In this document: positions 1-13,700 of the stretch, piece after piece
Layout: every line of letters begins with the position of its first letter
Numbering within the stretch: position 1 is the stretch's first letter
NCBI GenBank assembly: GCA_026770705.1
Contig: JANJGN010000021.1
Span: forward strand, 93,186,001 to 93,250,000
DNA length: 64,000 nt
Source of the DNA: Isurus oxyrinchus
Taxonomy: Eukaryota
Reading direction: 5' to 3'
Notes under the pieces: generated by a model
The model's database searches: none
Told to the model about the DNA's origin: nothing
The model's input: only the letters and a program-made list of their open reading frames with translations
Translations under genes and position numbers: made by a program

Positions 1-3000
1 TCTGAGAGTCGGTCAGTTAGGGGGGGAATTAAGTTCGTTGAGTGACGGGGGTGACTGAGGGTCGGTGAGTGAGGGGGGTGACTGAGGGTCGGTGAGTGAG
101 GGGGGGACTGAGAATCAATAAATGACGGGGGGACTGAGAGTCGGTGAGTGAGGGGGGGGTCTGAGAGTCGGGGAGTACTGAGAGTCGGTGAGGGAGGGGG
201 GACAGAGAGTCTGTGAGCGAGGGTGTGTCTGAGAGTCGGTGACAGAGGGGGTCTGGGAGTCAGTGAGTGAGGGGGGAACTGGGAGTCGGTGGGTGAGGGG
301 GGGAACTGAGAATCGGTGAGTGAGGGTGGGACTGAGAGGCAGTGAGTGAGGGGGGGACTGAGAATCAGTGAGTGAGGGGGCTACTGAGAGTCGGTGAGTG
401 AAGGGGGGACTTAGAGTCGGTGAGTGCGGGGGGATTGAGAGTCGGTGAGTGAGGGGGGCACTGAGAGTCGGTGAGTAAGGGGGGACAGAGCGTCGGTGAG
501 TGAGGGGCAGACTGAGAGTCGGTGAGTGAGGGGGGACTTAAAGTCGGTGAGTGTGGGTGGAACTGAGAGTCGGTGACTGAGACGGGGACTGAGGGTCGGT
601 GACTGAGGCGGGGGACTGAGAGTCGGTGAGTGAGGTGGGGACTGAGAGTCGGTGAGTGAGGGGGGTCTGAGCGTCAGTGAGTGAGTTGGGGCTGAAGGTC
701 GGTGAGTGGGGTGGGAAGCGAGAGTCGGTGAGCGAGGAGGGGGAATAAGAGTCGGTGAGTGAGGGGGGACTTAGGGTTGGTGAGTGTGGGGGAGACTGAC
801 AGTCGGTGAGTGCGGGTGGGACAGAGAGTCAGTGAGTGGGGGGGACAGAGAGTCGGTGAGTGAGGTGCGGACTGAGAGTTAGTGAATGCGGGTGGGACAG
901 AGAGTCGGTGAGTGAGGGGGGGACAGAGAGTCGGTGAGTGAGGGGGGTACTGAGAGTTGGTGACTTAGTGGCGGACTGACGGTCGGTGACTAAGCGGGGG
1001 ACTGAGAGTCGGTGAGTGAGGGGGGGGACTGAGAGTCAGTGAGTGAGGGGGGCACTGAGAGTCGGTGAGTGAGTGGGGAACTGAATCGGGGAGTGAGGGG
1101 GGGACTGAGAGACGGTGAGTGAGGGGGGGACTGAGAGTCCGTGAGTGAGGGGGTTCTGAGCGTCAGTGAGTGAGGGGGGGCTGAGGGCTTGTGAGTGAGG
1201 GGGGGGACTGAGTGTCGGTGAGTGAGGGGTGCAATGTGAGTCGGTGAGTGGGGGGATGGAGCGAGAGTCGGTGAGTCGGGGGGGTACTGAGAGTCTGTGA
1301 GTGCGGGGGGATTGAGAGTCGGTGAGTAAGGGGGGACACTGAGAGTCGGTGAGTGAGGGGGGTGCAGAGTCGGTGAGTGAGGTGGGGACTTAGGGTCGGT
1401 GAGTGAAGGGGGACTGAGAGTTGGTGAGTGAGGGGGTGACTGAGAGTCGGCGAGTGAGGGGGGTACTGACAGTAGGCGAGTGAGGGAGGGACTGAGAGTC
1501 GGTGAGTTAGGTGGGTCTGAGAGTCGGTCAGTTAGGGGGGGGAATTAGGTTCGGTGAGTGAGGTGGGTCTGAGAGTCGGTGAGTGAAGGGGGGGGAATTA
1601 AGTTCGTTGAGTGACGGGGGTGACTGAGGGTCGGTGAGTGAGGGGGGGGACTGAGAATCAGTAAATGTCGGGGGCACTGAGAGTCAGTGAGTGAGGGGGG
1701 GTCTGAGAGTCGGGGAGTACTGAGAGTCGGTGAGTGAGGGGGGACAGAGAGTCTGTGAGCAAGGATGTGTCTGAGAGTTGGTGAGAGAGGGGGTCTGGGA
1801 GTCGGTGAGTGAGGGGGGAACTGGGAATCGGTGGGTGAGGGGGGGACACAGAGTCGGTGAGTGAGGGGGTGACTGAGGGTCGGTAAGTGAGGGGGGGAGC
1901 AAGAGTCGGTGAGCGAGGAGGGGGAATAAGAGTCGGTGAGTGAGGGGGGACTTAGGGTCGGTGAGTGTGGGGGAGACTGACAGTCGGTGAGTGCGGGTGG
2001 GACAGAGAGTCGGTGAGTGAGGGTGGACAGAGAGTCGGTGAGTGAGGGGTGGACTGAGAGTCGGTGAGTGCGAGTGGAACAGAGAGTCGGTGAGTGAGGG
2101 GGGGACAGAGAGTCGGTGAGTGAGGGGGGGACAGAGAGTCGATGACTTAGTGGCGGACTGAGGGTCGGTGACTGAGCAGGGGACTGAGAGTCAGTGAGTG
2201 AAGGGGGTACTGAGAGTCGGTGAGTGAGGGGGGGACTGAGTTGGTGAGTGAATGGCGGACTGAGTGTCAGTGAGTGAGGGGGTTTATGAGAGTCGTTGAA
2301 CGTGGGGGGGACTGATTGTCGGTGACTGAAGGGCGGACGGAGAGTCTGTGAGTGAGGGGGGGCAGTGAGAATCGGTGACTGAGGTGTGGAGCGAGAGTTG
2401 GTGAGCGAGGAGGGGGAATATGAGTCGGTGAGTGAGGGGGGACTGAGATTCGGTGAGTGAGGGGGGCACTGAGAGTCGGTGAGTGAGTGGGGAACTGAAT
2501 CGGGGAGTGAGGGGGGGACTGAGAGACGGTGAGTGAGGGGGGGACTGAGAGTCCGTGAGTGAGGGGGTTCTGAGCGTCAGTGAGTGAGGGGGGGCTGAGG
2601 GCTTGTGAGTGAGGGGGGGACTGAGTGTCGGTGAGTGAGGGGTGCAATGTGAGTCGGTGAGTGGGGGGATGGAGCGAGAGTCGGTGAGTCGGGGGGGTAC
2701 TGAGAGTCTGTGAGTGTGGGGGGATTGAGAGTCGGTGAGTAAGGGGGGACACTGAGAGTCGGTGAGTGAGGGGGGTGCAGAGTCGGTGAGTGAGGTGGGG
2801 ACTTAGGGTCGGTGAGTGAAGGGGGACTGAGAGTTGGTGAGTGAGGGGGTGACTGAGAGTCGGCGAGTGAGGGGGTACTGACAGTAGGCGAGTGAGGGAG
2901 GGACTGAGAGTCGGTGAGTTAGGTGGGTCTGAGAGTCGGTCAGTTAGGGGGGGAATTAGGTTCGGTGAGTGAGGTGGGTCTGAGAGTCGGTGAGTGAAGG

Positions 3001-5904
3001 GGGGGGAATTAAGTTCGTTGAGTGACGGGGGTGATGAGGGTCGGTGAGTGAGGGGGGGGACTGAGAATCAGTAAATGTCGGGGGCACTGAGAGTCAGTGA
3101 GTGAGGGGGGGTCTGAGAGTCGGGGAGTACTGAGAGTCGGTGAGTGAGGGGGGACAGAGAGTCTGTGAGCAAGGATGTGTCTGAGAGTTGGTGAGAGAGG
3201 GGGTCTGGGAGTCGGTGAGTGAGGGGGGAACTGGGAATCGGTGGGTGAGGGGAGGACACAGAGTCGGTGAGTGAGGGGGTGACTGAGGGTCGGTGACCGA
3301 GGGGGGGACTGAGAGTCGGTGAGTGAGGGGGGTCTGAGCGTCAGTGAGTGAGGTGGAGCTGAGGGTCGGTAAGTGAGGGGGGGAGCGAGAGTCGGTGAGC
3401 GAGGAGGGTTAATAAGTGTCGGTCAGTGAGGGGGCACTTAGGGTCGGTGAGTGTGGAGGGGACTGAGAGTCGGCGAGTGAGGGTGGGACTGAGAGGCAGT
3501 GAGTGAGGGGGGGACTGAGAGTCAGTGAGTGAGGGGGCTACTGAGAGTCGGTGAGTGAAGGGGGGACTAAGAGTCGGTGAGTGAGGGGGGGACTGAGAGG
3601 CAGTGAGTGAGGGGGGTACTGAGAGTCAGTGAGTGAGGGGGCTACTGAGAGTCGGTGAGTGAAGGGGGGACTGAGAGTCGGTGAGTGAGGGGGGGAGCGA
3701 GAGTCGGTGTGTGAGTGTGGGGAATAAGAGTCGGTGAGTGAGGGGGGACTTAGAGTCGGTGAGTGTGGTGGGGGCTGAGTGTCGTTGAGTGAGGGGGGAC
3801 AGAGAGTCGGTGAGTGAGGGGGGACTGACAGTCGGTGAATGAGGGGGGACTGAGGGTCGGAGACTGAGGTGGGACTGTGAGTCGGTGAGTGAGGTGGGTC
3901 TGAGAGTCAGTCAGTTAGGGGGGTAATTAGGTTCGGTGAGTGAGGTGGGTCTGAGAGTCGGTGAGTGAAGGGGGGGAATTAAGTTCGTTGAGTGACGGGG
4001 GTGACTGAGGGTCGGTGAGTGAGGGGGGACTGAGGGTCAGTGAGAGGGGGAAGATTGAGAATCAGTAAATGATGGGGGGACTGAGAGTCGGTGAGTGAGG
4101 GGGGGGACAGAGAGTCGGTGAGTGAGGGGCAGACTGAGAGTCGGTGAGTGAGGGGCAGACTGAGAGTCGGTGAGTGAGGGGGGACTTAAGGTCGGTGAGT
4201 GTGGGTGGAACTGAGAGTCGGTGACTAAGGGGGGGGACTGAGGGTCGGTGACTGAGGGGGGGATTGAGAGTCGGTGAGTGAGGTGGGGACTGAGAGTCGG
4301 TGAGTGAGGGGGGTCTGAGCGTCAGTGAGTGAGTTGGGTCTGAGGGTCGGTGAGTGAGGGGGGGAGTGAGAGTCGGTGAGCGAGGAGGGGGAATAAGAGT
4401 CGATGAGTGAGGGGAGACTTAGGGTCGGTGAGTGTGGGGGAGACTGACAGTCGGTGAGTGCGGGTGGGACAGAGAGTCAGTGAGTGCATGGGGGAAAGAG
4501 AGTCGGTGAGTGAGGGGCAGACTGAGAGTCGGTGAGTGAGGGGGGACTTAAGGTCGGTGAGTGTGGGTGGAACTGAGAGTCGGTGACTGAGGGGGGGACT
4601 GAGGGTCATGACTGAGGGGGGGACTGAGAGTCGGTGGGTGAGGTGGGGGACTGAGAGTCGGTGAGTGAGGGGGGACTGAGAGTCGGTGAGCGAGGAGGGG
4701 GACTGAGAGTCGGTGAGTGAGGGGGGACTGAGAGTCGGTGAGTGAGGGTGTGTCTGAGAGTCGGTGAGTGAGGGGGTCTGGGAGTCGGTGAGTGAGGGGG
4801 GACTGGGAGTCGGTGAGTGAGGGGGGAACTGAGAGTCGGTGAGTGAGGGGGGGACCGAGAGTCGGTGCGTGAGGGTGGGAATCAGAGTCGGGGAGTGAGG
4901 GGGGGGACTGAGAGTCGGTGAGTGAGGGTGTGACTGAGAGTCGGTGAGTGAGGGGGGTCTGAGCGTCAGTGAGTGAGTTGGGGCTGAGGGTCGGTGAGTG
5001 AGGGGGGGAGCAAGAGTCGGTGAGCGAGGAGGGGGAATAAGAGTCGGTGAGTGAGGGGGGACTTAGGGTCGGTGAGTGTGGGGGAGACTGACAGTCGGTG
5101 AGTGCGGGTGGGACAGAGAGTCGGTGAGTGAGGGTGGACAGAGAGTCGGTGAGTGAGGGGTGGACTGAGAGTCGGTGAGTGCGAGTGGAACAGAGAGTCG
5201 GTGAGTGAGGGGGGGGACAGAGAGTCGGTGAGTGAGGGGGGGACAGAGAGTCGGTGACTTAGTGGTGGACTGAGGGTCGGTGACTGAGCAGGGGACTGAG
5301 AGTCAGTGAGTGAAGGGGGGTACTGAGAGTCGGTGAGTGAGGGGGGGACTGAGTTGGTGAGTGAATGGCGGACTGAGTGTCAGTGAGTGAGGGGGTTTAT
5401 GAGAGTCGTTGAATGTGGGGGGGACTGATTGTCGGTGACTGAAGGGCGGACGGAGAGTCTGTGAGTGAGGGGGGGCAGTGAGAATCGGTGACTGAGGTGT
5501 GGAGAGAGTTGGTGAGCGAGGAGGGGGAATATGAGTCGGTGAGTGAGGGGGGACTGAGATTCGGTGAGTGAGGGGGGGACTGAGGGTCGGTGAGTGAGGG
5601 GGTGACTGAGAGTCGGCGAGTGAGTGGGGTACTGAGAGTAGGCGAGTGAGGGAGGGACTGAGAGTCGGCGAGTGAGGGGGGTCTGAGAAACGGTCAGTTA
5701 GGGGGGGAATTAGGTTCGGTGAGTGAGGTGGGTCTGAGAGTCGGTGAGTGAAGGGGGGGGAATTAAGTTCGTTGAGTGAAGGGGGTGACTGAGGGTCGGT
5801 GAGTGAGGGGGGGACTGAGAACCAGTAAATGTCGGGGGGGACTGAGAGTCAGTGAGTGAGGGGGGGTCTGAGAGCCGGGGAGTACTGAGAGTCGGTGAGT
5901 GAGG
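1..5904 (+). repeat. Higher-order block A, copy 1 (duplicated about 21.25 kb downstream)
   Basis: Same order of variant units as 21247-27152; identical ORF-track translations at 1658/22903, 3068/24316 and 4322/25569. Confidence 0.92.
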
Positions 5905-7799
5905 TATGGAACTGAGAGGCAGTAAGTGAGGGGGAGACTGAGTCAGGAATTGATGGGGGGGACTGAGAGTCGGTGAATGAGGGGGGGAATAAGAGTCGGT
6001 GAGTGAGGGGGGACTTAGGGTGTGTGACTGGGGTGGGACTGAGAGTCGCTGAGTGAGGGGGGACTGAGAGGCGGTGAGTGAGGGTGGGATTGAGAGTCGG
6101 TGAGTGAGGGTGGGATTTAGAGTCGGTGAGTGAGGGGGGAACTGAGAGTCGGTGACTGAGGGAGGGACTGAGGGTCGGTGAGTGAGAGAGGGATTGAGAG
6201 TCAGTGAGTGAGGGGGGGACTGAGAGTCGGTGAGTGAGGTGGTGAGTGAGAGTCGGTGAGTGAGGTGGGTACTGAGAGTAGGGGAGTGAGGGAGGGACTG
6301 AGAGTCGGTGAGTTACGTGGGTCTGAGAGTCGGTCAGTTAGGGGGTGAATTAGGTTCGGTGAGTGAGGTGGGTCTGAGAGTCGGTGAGTGAAGGGGGGGA
6401 CGGAGAATCGGCGAGTAAGGGGGAGACAGAGAGCCGATGAGCGAGGGGCAGACTGAGAGTCGGTGAGTGAGTGGGGGACTGACAGTCGTTGAGCGTGGGG
6501 GGGACAGAGGGTCGGTGAGTGAGGGGGGACTGAGAGTTGGTGAGTAAGTGGGGGAAAATGAGTCGGTGAGTGAGGGGGGACTTCGGGTCGGTGAGTGAGG
6601 ATGGGACTAAGGGTTGGTGAGTGCGGGGAGGTCATAGGGTCGGTGAGTGTCGGGGGGACTGAGAGTCGGTGAGTGAGGGTGGGATTGAGTGTCCTTGAGT
6701 GAGGGGGGGACTGAGAGTCGGTGAGTGAGGGGGGACTGAGAGTCGGTGAGTGAAGGGGGGACTGAGAGTCAGTGACTGAGGTGAGAACTGAGAGTCGCTG
6801 AGTGAGGGGGGGATTGAGGGTCAGTGAGTGAGGGGAGGATTGAGAGTCAGTGAGTGACGGAGGGAATGAGAGTCGGTGAGTCGGGGGGATCTGGGAGTCG
6901 GGAATTGAGGGGGGGACTGAGAGTCGGTGAGTGAAGGGGGAATAAGAGTCGGTGAGTGAGGCAGCACTGAGAGTCTGTGAGTGAGTGAGTGTCTGAGAGT
7001 CGGTGAGTGAAGGTGTCTGGGGGTCGGTGACTGTGGGAAGACTGAGAGTTGGTGAGTGAGGGGGCGGAACTGAGAGTCGGTGATGAGGGGGGGACTAAGA
7101 GTCAGTGAGTGAGGGGGGGACTGAGAGTCGGTGAGTGAGGGATGGGACTGAGAGTCAGTAAGTGAGGGGGTGACTGAGTCAGGAAGTGATGGGGGGGACT
7201 GAGAGTCGGTGAGTGAGGGATGGGACTGAGAGTCAGTGAGTGAGGGGGGACTTAGGGTCTGTGACTGAGGGAGGGACTGAGGGTCGGTGAGTGAGGGAGG
7301 GATTGAGAGTCAGTGAGTGAGGGGGGGACTGAGAGGCGGTGAGTGAGGTGGTGTGTGAGAGGCGGTGAGTGAGCATGGGATTGAGAGTTGGTGAGTGAGG
7401 GGGGAACTGAGAGTCGGTGACTGAGGGAGGGACTGAGGGTCGGTGAGTGAGGGAGGGATTGAGAGTCAGTGAGTGAGGGGGGGACTGAGAGTCGGTGAGT
7501 GAGGTGGTGAGCGAGAGTCGGTGAGTGAGGTGGGTACTGAGAGTAGGGGAGTGAGGGAGGGACTGAGAGTCGGTGAGTGCGGGTGGGACGGAGAATCGGT
7601 GAGTAAGGGGGAGACAGAGAGCCGATGAGTGAGGGGCAGACAGAGTCGGTGAGTGAGGGGCGGACTGAGAGTTGGTGAGTAAGTGGGGGAAAATGAGTCG
7701 GTGAGTGAGGGGGGACTTCGGGTCGGTGAGTGAGGATGGGACTAAGGGTTGGTGAGTGCGGGGAGGTCATAGGGTCGGTGAGTGTCGGGGGGACTGAGA

Positions 7800-10700
7800 G
7801 TCGGTGAGTGAGGGTGGGATTGAGTGTCCTTGAGTGAGGGGGGGACTGAGAGTCGGTGAGTGAGGGGGGACTGAGAGTCGGTGAGTGAAGGGGGGACTGA
7901 GAGTCAGTGACTGAGGTGAGAACTGAGAGTCGTTGAGTGAGGGGGGGATTGAGGGTCAGTGAGTGAGGGGAGGATTGAGAGTCAGTGAGTGACGGAGGGA
8001 ATGAGAGTCGGTGAGTCGGGGGGATCTGGGAGTCGGGGATTGAGGGGGGGACTGAGAGTCGGTGAGTGAAGGGGGAATAAGAGTCTGTGAGTGAGGCGGC
8101 ACTGAGAGTCTGTGAGTGAGTGAGTGTCTGAGAGTCGGTGAGTGAAGGTGTCTGGGGGTCGGTGACTGTGGGAAGACTGAGAGTTGGTGAGTGAGGGGGC
8201 GGAACTGAGAGTCGGTGATGAGGGGGGGGACTAAGAGTCGGTGAGTGAGGGGGGGACTGAGAGTCGGTGAGTGAGGGATGGGACTGAGAGTCAGTAAGTG
8301 AGGGGGTGACTGAGTCAGGAAGTGATGGGGGGGACTGAGAGTCGGTGAGTGAGGGATGGGACTGAGAGTCAGTGAGTGAGGGGGGACTTAGGGTCTGTGC
8401 CTGAGGGAGGGACTGAGGGTCGGTGAGTGAGGGAGGGATTGAGAGTCAGTGAGTGAGGGGGGGACTGAGAGTCGGTGAGTGAGGTGGTGAGTGAGAGGCG
8501 GTGAGTGAGGGTGGGATTGAGAGTCGGTGAGTGAGGGGGGAACTGAGAGTCGGTGACTGAGGGAGGGACTGAGGGTCGGTGAGTGAGGGAGGGATTGAGA
8601 GTCAGTGAGTGAGGGGGGGACTGAGAGTCGGTGAGTGAGGTGGTGAGCGAGAGTCGGTGAGTGAGGTGGGTACTGAGAGTAGGGGAGTGAGGGAGGGACT
8701 GAGAGTCGGTGAGTGCGGGTGGGACGGAGAATCGGTGAGTAAGGGGGAGACAGAGAGCCAATGAGTGAGGGGCAGACTGAGAGTCGGTGAGTGAGGGGCG
8801 GACTGAGAGTTGGTGAGTAAGTGGGGGAAAATGAGTCGGTGAGTGAGGGGGGACTTCGGGTCGGTGAGTGAGGATGGGACTAAGGGTTGGTGAGTGCGGG
8901 GAGGTCATAGGGTCGGTGAGTGTCGGGGGGACTGAGAGTCGGTGAGTGAGGGTGGGATTGAGTGTCCTTGAGTGAGGGGGGGACTGAGAGTCGGTGAGTG
9001 AGGGGGGACTGAGAGTCGGTGAGTGAAGGGGGGACTGAGAGTCGGTGTCTGAGGCGGGGACTGAGAGTCGCTGAGTGAGGGGGGGATTGAGGGTCAGTGA
9101 GTGAGGGGAGGATTGCGAGTCAGTGAGTGACGGGGGGAATGAGAGTCGGTGAGTCGGGGGGGTCTGGGAGTCGGGGATTGAGGGGGGGACTGAGAGTCAG
9201 TGAGTGAAGGGGGAATAAGAGTCGGTGAGTGAGGCGGCACTGAGAGTCTGTGAGTGAGTGAGTGTCTGAGAGTCGGTGAGTGAAGGTGTCTGGGGGTCGG
9301 TGACTGTGGGAAGACTGAGAGTTGGTGAGTGAGGGGGCGGAACTGAGAGTCGGTGATGAGGGGGGGACTAAGAGTCGGGGAGTGAGGGGGGGACTGAGAG
9401 TCGGTGAGTGAGGGATGGGACTGAGAGTCAGTAAGTGAGGGGGAGACTGAGTCAGGAAGTGATGGGGGGGACTGAGAGTCGGTGAGTGAGGGGGGGAATA
9501 AGAGTCGGTGAGTGAGGGGGGACTTAGGGTGTGTGACTGGGGTGGGACTGAGAGTCGCTGAGTGAGGGGGGACTGAGAGGCGGTGAGTGAGGGTGGGATT
9601 GAGAGTCGGTGAGTGAGGGTGGGATTGAGAGTCGGTGAGTGAGGGGGGAACTGAGAGTCGGTGACTGAGGGAGGGACTGAGGGTCGGTGAGTGAGGGAGG
9701 GATTGAGAGTCACTGAGTGAGGGGGGGACTGAGAGTCGGTGAGTGAGGTGGTGAGTGAGAGTCGGTGAGTGAGGTGGGTACTGAGAGTAGGGGAGTGAGG
9801 GAGGGACTGAGAGTCGGTGAGTTAGGTGGGTCTGAGAGTCGGTCAGTTAGGGGGTGAATTAGGTTCGGTGAGTGAGGTGGGTCTGAGAGTCGGTGAGTGA
9901 AGGGGGGGACGGAGAATCGGTGAGTAAGGGGGAGACAGAGAGCCAATGAGTGAGGGGCAGACTGAGAGTCGGTGAGTGAGGGGGGGACTGACAGTCGTTT
10001 AGCGTGGGGGGGACAGAGGGTCGGTGAGTGAGGGGGGACTGAGAGTTGGTGAGTAAGTGGGGGAAAATGAGTCGGTGAGTGAGGGGGGACTTCGGGTCGG
10101 TGAGTGAGGATGGGACTAAGGGTTGGTGAGTGCGGGGAGGTCATAGGGTCGGTGAGTGTCGGGGGGACTGAGAGTCGGTGAGTGAGGGTGGGATTGAGTG
10201 TCCTTGAGTGAGGGGGGGACTGAGAGTCGGTGAGTGAGGGGGGACTGAGAGTCGGTGAGTGAAGGGGGGACTGAGAGTCGGTGACTGAGGCGAGAACTGA
10301 GAGTCGCTGAGTGAGGGGGGGATTGAGGGTCAGTGAGTGAGGGGAGGATTGAGAGTCAGTGAGTGACGGGGGAAATGAGAGTCGGTGAGTCGCGGGTGTC
10401 TGGGAGTCGGGGATTGAGGGGGGGGACTGAGAGTCGGTGAGTGAAGGGGGAATAAGAGTCGGTGAGTGAGGCGGCACTGAGAGTCTGTGAGTGAGTGAGT
10501 GTCTGAGAGTCGGTGAGTGAAGGTGTCTGGGGGTCGGTGACTGTGGGAAGACTGAGAGTTGGTGAGTGAGGGGGCGGAACTGAGAGTCGGTGATGAGGGG
10601 GGGACTAAGAGTCGGTGAGTGAGGGGGGGACTGAGAGTCGGTGAGTGAGGGATGGGACTGAGAGTCAGTAAGTGAGGGGGAGACTGAGTCAGGAAGTGAT

Positions 10701-13700
10701 GGGGGGGACTGAGAGTCGGTGAGTGAGGGGGGGAATAAGAGTCGGTGAGTGAGGGGGGACTTAGGGTCTGTGACTGAGGGAGGGACTGAGGGTCGGTGAG
10801 TGAGGGAGGGATTGAGAGTCAGTGAGTGAGGGGGGGGACTGAGAGTCGGTGAGTGAGGTGGTGAGTGAGAGGCGGTGAGTGAGGTGGTGAGAGAGAGGCG
10901 GTGAGTGAGGGTGGGATTGAGAGTCGGTGAGTGAGGGGGGAACTGAGAGTCGGTGACTGAGGGAGGGACTGAGGGTCGGTGAGTGAGGGAGGGATTGAGA
11001 GTCAGTGAGTGAGGGGGGGACTGAGAGTCGGTGAGTGAGGTGGTGAGCGAGAGTCGGTGAGTGAGGTGGGTACTGAGAGTAGGGGAGTGAGGGAGGGACT
11101 GAGAGTCGGTGAGTGCGGGTGGGACGGAGAATCGGTAAGGGGGAGACAGAGAGCCGATGAGTGAGGGGCAAACTGAGAGTCGGTGAGTGAGGGGTGGACT
11201 AAGAGTTGGTGAGTAAGTGGGGGAAAATGAGTCGGTGAGTGAGGGGGGACTTCGGGTCGGTGAGTGAGGATGGGACTAAGGGTTGGTGAGTGCGGGGAGG
11301 TCATAGGGTCGGTGAGTGTCGGGGGGACTGAGAGTCGGTGAGTGAGGGTGGGATTGAGTGTCCTTGAGTGAGGGGGGGACTGAGAGTCGGTGAGTGAGGG
11401 GGGACTGAGAGTCGGTGAGTGAAGGGGGGACTGAGAGTCGGTGACTGAGGCGGGGACTGAGAGTCGCTGAGTGAGGGGGGGGATTGAGGGTCAGTGAGTG
11501 AGGGGAGGATTGAGAGTCAGTGAGTGACGGGGGGAATGAGAGTCGGTGAGTCGGGGGGGTCTGGGAGTCGGGGATTGAGGGGGGGACTGAGAGTCGGTGA
11601 GTGAAGGGGGAATAAGAGTCGGTGAGTGAGGCGGCACTGAGAGTCTGTGAGTGAGTGAGTGTCTGAGAGTCGGTGAGTGAAGGTGTCTGGGGGTCGGTGA
11701 CTGTGGGAAGACTGAGAGTTGGTGAGTGAGGGGGCGGAACTGAGAGTCGGTGATGAGGGGGGGACTAAGAGTCGGTGAGTGAGGGGGGGACTGAGAGTCG
11801 GTGAGTGAGGGGGGGACTGAGAGTCGGTGAGTGAGGGATGGGACTGAGAGTCAGTGAGTGAGGGGGGACTTAGGGTCTGTGCCTGAGGGAGGGACTGAGG
11901 GTCGGTGAGTGAGGGAGGGATTGAGAGTCAGTGAGTGAGGGGGGGACTGAGAGTCGGTGAGTGAGGTGGTGAGTGAGAGGCGGTGAGTGAGGGTGGGATT
12001 GAGAGTCGGTGAGTGAGGGGGGAACTGAGAGTCGGTGACTGAGGGAGGGACTGAGGGTCGGTGAGTGAGGGAGGGATTGAGAGTCAGTGAGTGAGGGGGG
12101 GACTGAGAGTCGGTGAGTGAGGTGGTGAGCGAGAGTCGGTGAGTGAGGTGGGTACTGAGAGTAGGGGAGTGAGGGAGGGACTGAGAGTCGGTGAGTGCGG
12201 GTGGGACGGAGAATCGGTGAGTAAGGGGGAGACAGAGAGCCAATGAGTGAGGGGCAGACTGAGAGTCGGTGAGTGAGGGGCGGACTGAGAGTTGGTGAGT
12301 AAGTGGGGGAAAATGAGTCGGTGAGTGAGGGGGGACTTCGGGTCGGTGAGTGAGGATGGGACTAAGGGTTGGTGAGTGCGGGGAGGTCATAGGGTCGATG
12401 AGTGTCGGGGGGACTGAGAGTCGGTGAGTGAGGGTGGGATTGAGTGTCCTTGAGTGAGGGGGGGACTGAGAGTCGGTGAGTGAGGGGGAACTGAGAGTCG
12501 GTGAGTGAAGGGGGGACTGAGAGTCGGTGTCTGAGGCGGGGACTGAGAGTCGCTGAGTGAGGGGGGGATTGAGGGTCAGTGAGTGAGGGGAGGATTGCGA
12601 GTCAGTGAGTGACGGGGGGAATGAGAGTCGGTGAGTCGGGGGGGTCTGGGAGTCGGGGATTGAGGGGGGGACTGAGAGTCAGTGAGTGAAGGGGGAATAA
12701 GAGTCGGTGAGTGAGGCGGCACTGAGAGTCTGTGAGTGAGTGAGTGTCTGAGAGTCGGTGAGTGAAGGTGTCTGGGGGTCGGTGACTGTGGGAAGACTGA
12801 GAGTTGGTGAGTGAGGGGGCGGAACTGAGAGTCGGTGATGAGGGGGGGACTAAGAGTCGGGGAGTGAGGGGGGGACTGAGAGTCGGTGAGTGAGGGATGG
12901 GACTGAGAGTCAGTAAGTGAGGGGGAGACTGAGTCAGGAAGTGATGGGGGGGACTGAGAGTCGGTGAGTGAGGGGGGGAATAAGAGTCGGTGAGTGAGGG
13001 GGGACTTAGGGTGTGTGACTGGGGTGGGACTGAGAGTCGCTGAGTGAGGGGGGACTGAGAGGCGGTGAGTGAGGGTGGGATTGAGAGTCGGTGAGTGAGG
13101 GTGGGATTGAGAGTCGGTGAGTGAGGGGGGAACTGAGAGTCGGTGACTGAGGGAGGGACTGAGGGTCGGTGAGTGAGGGAGGGATTGAGAGTCACTGAGT
13201 GAGGGGGGGACTGAGAGTCGGTGAGTGAGGTGGTGAGTGAGAGTCGGTGAGTGAGGTGGGTACTGAGAGTAGGGGAGTGAGGGAGGGACTGAGAGTCGGT
13301 GAGTTAGGTGGGTCTGAGAGTCGGTCAGTTAGGGGGTGAATTAGGTTCGGTGAGTGAGGTGGGTCTGAGAGTCGGTGAGTGAAGGGGGGGACGGAGAATC
13401 GGTGAGTAAGGGGGAGACAGAGAGCCAATGAGTGAGGGGCAGACTGAGAGTCGGTGAGTGAGGGGGGGACTGACAGTCGTTTAGCGTGGGGGGGACAGAG
13501 GGTCGGTGAGTGAGGGGGGACTGAGAGTTGGTGAGTAAGTGGGGGAAAATGAGTCGGTGAGTGAGGGGGGACTTCGGGTCGGTGAGTGAGGATGGGACTA
13601 AGGGTTGGTGAGTGCGGGGAGGTCATAGGGTCGGTGAGTGTCGGGGGGACTGAGAGTCGGTGAGTGAGGGTGGGATTGAGTGTCCTTGAGTGAGGGGGGG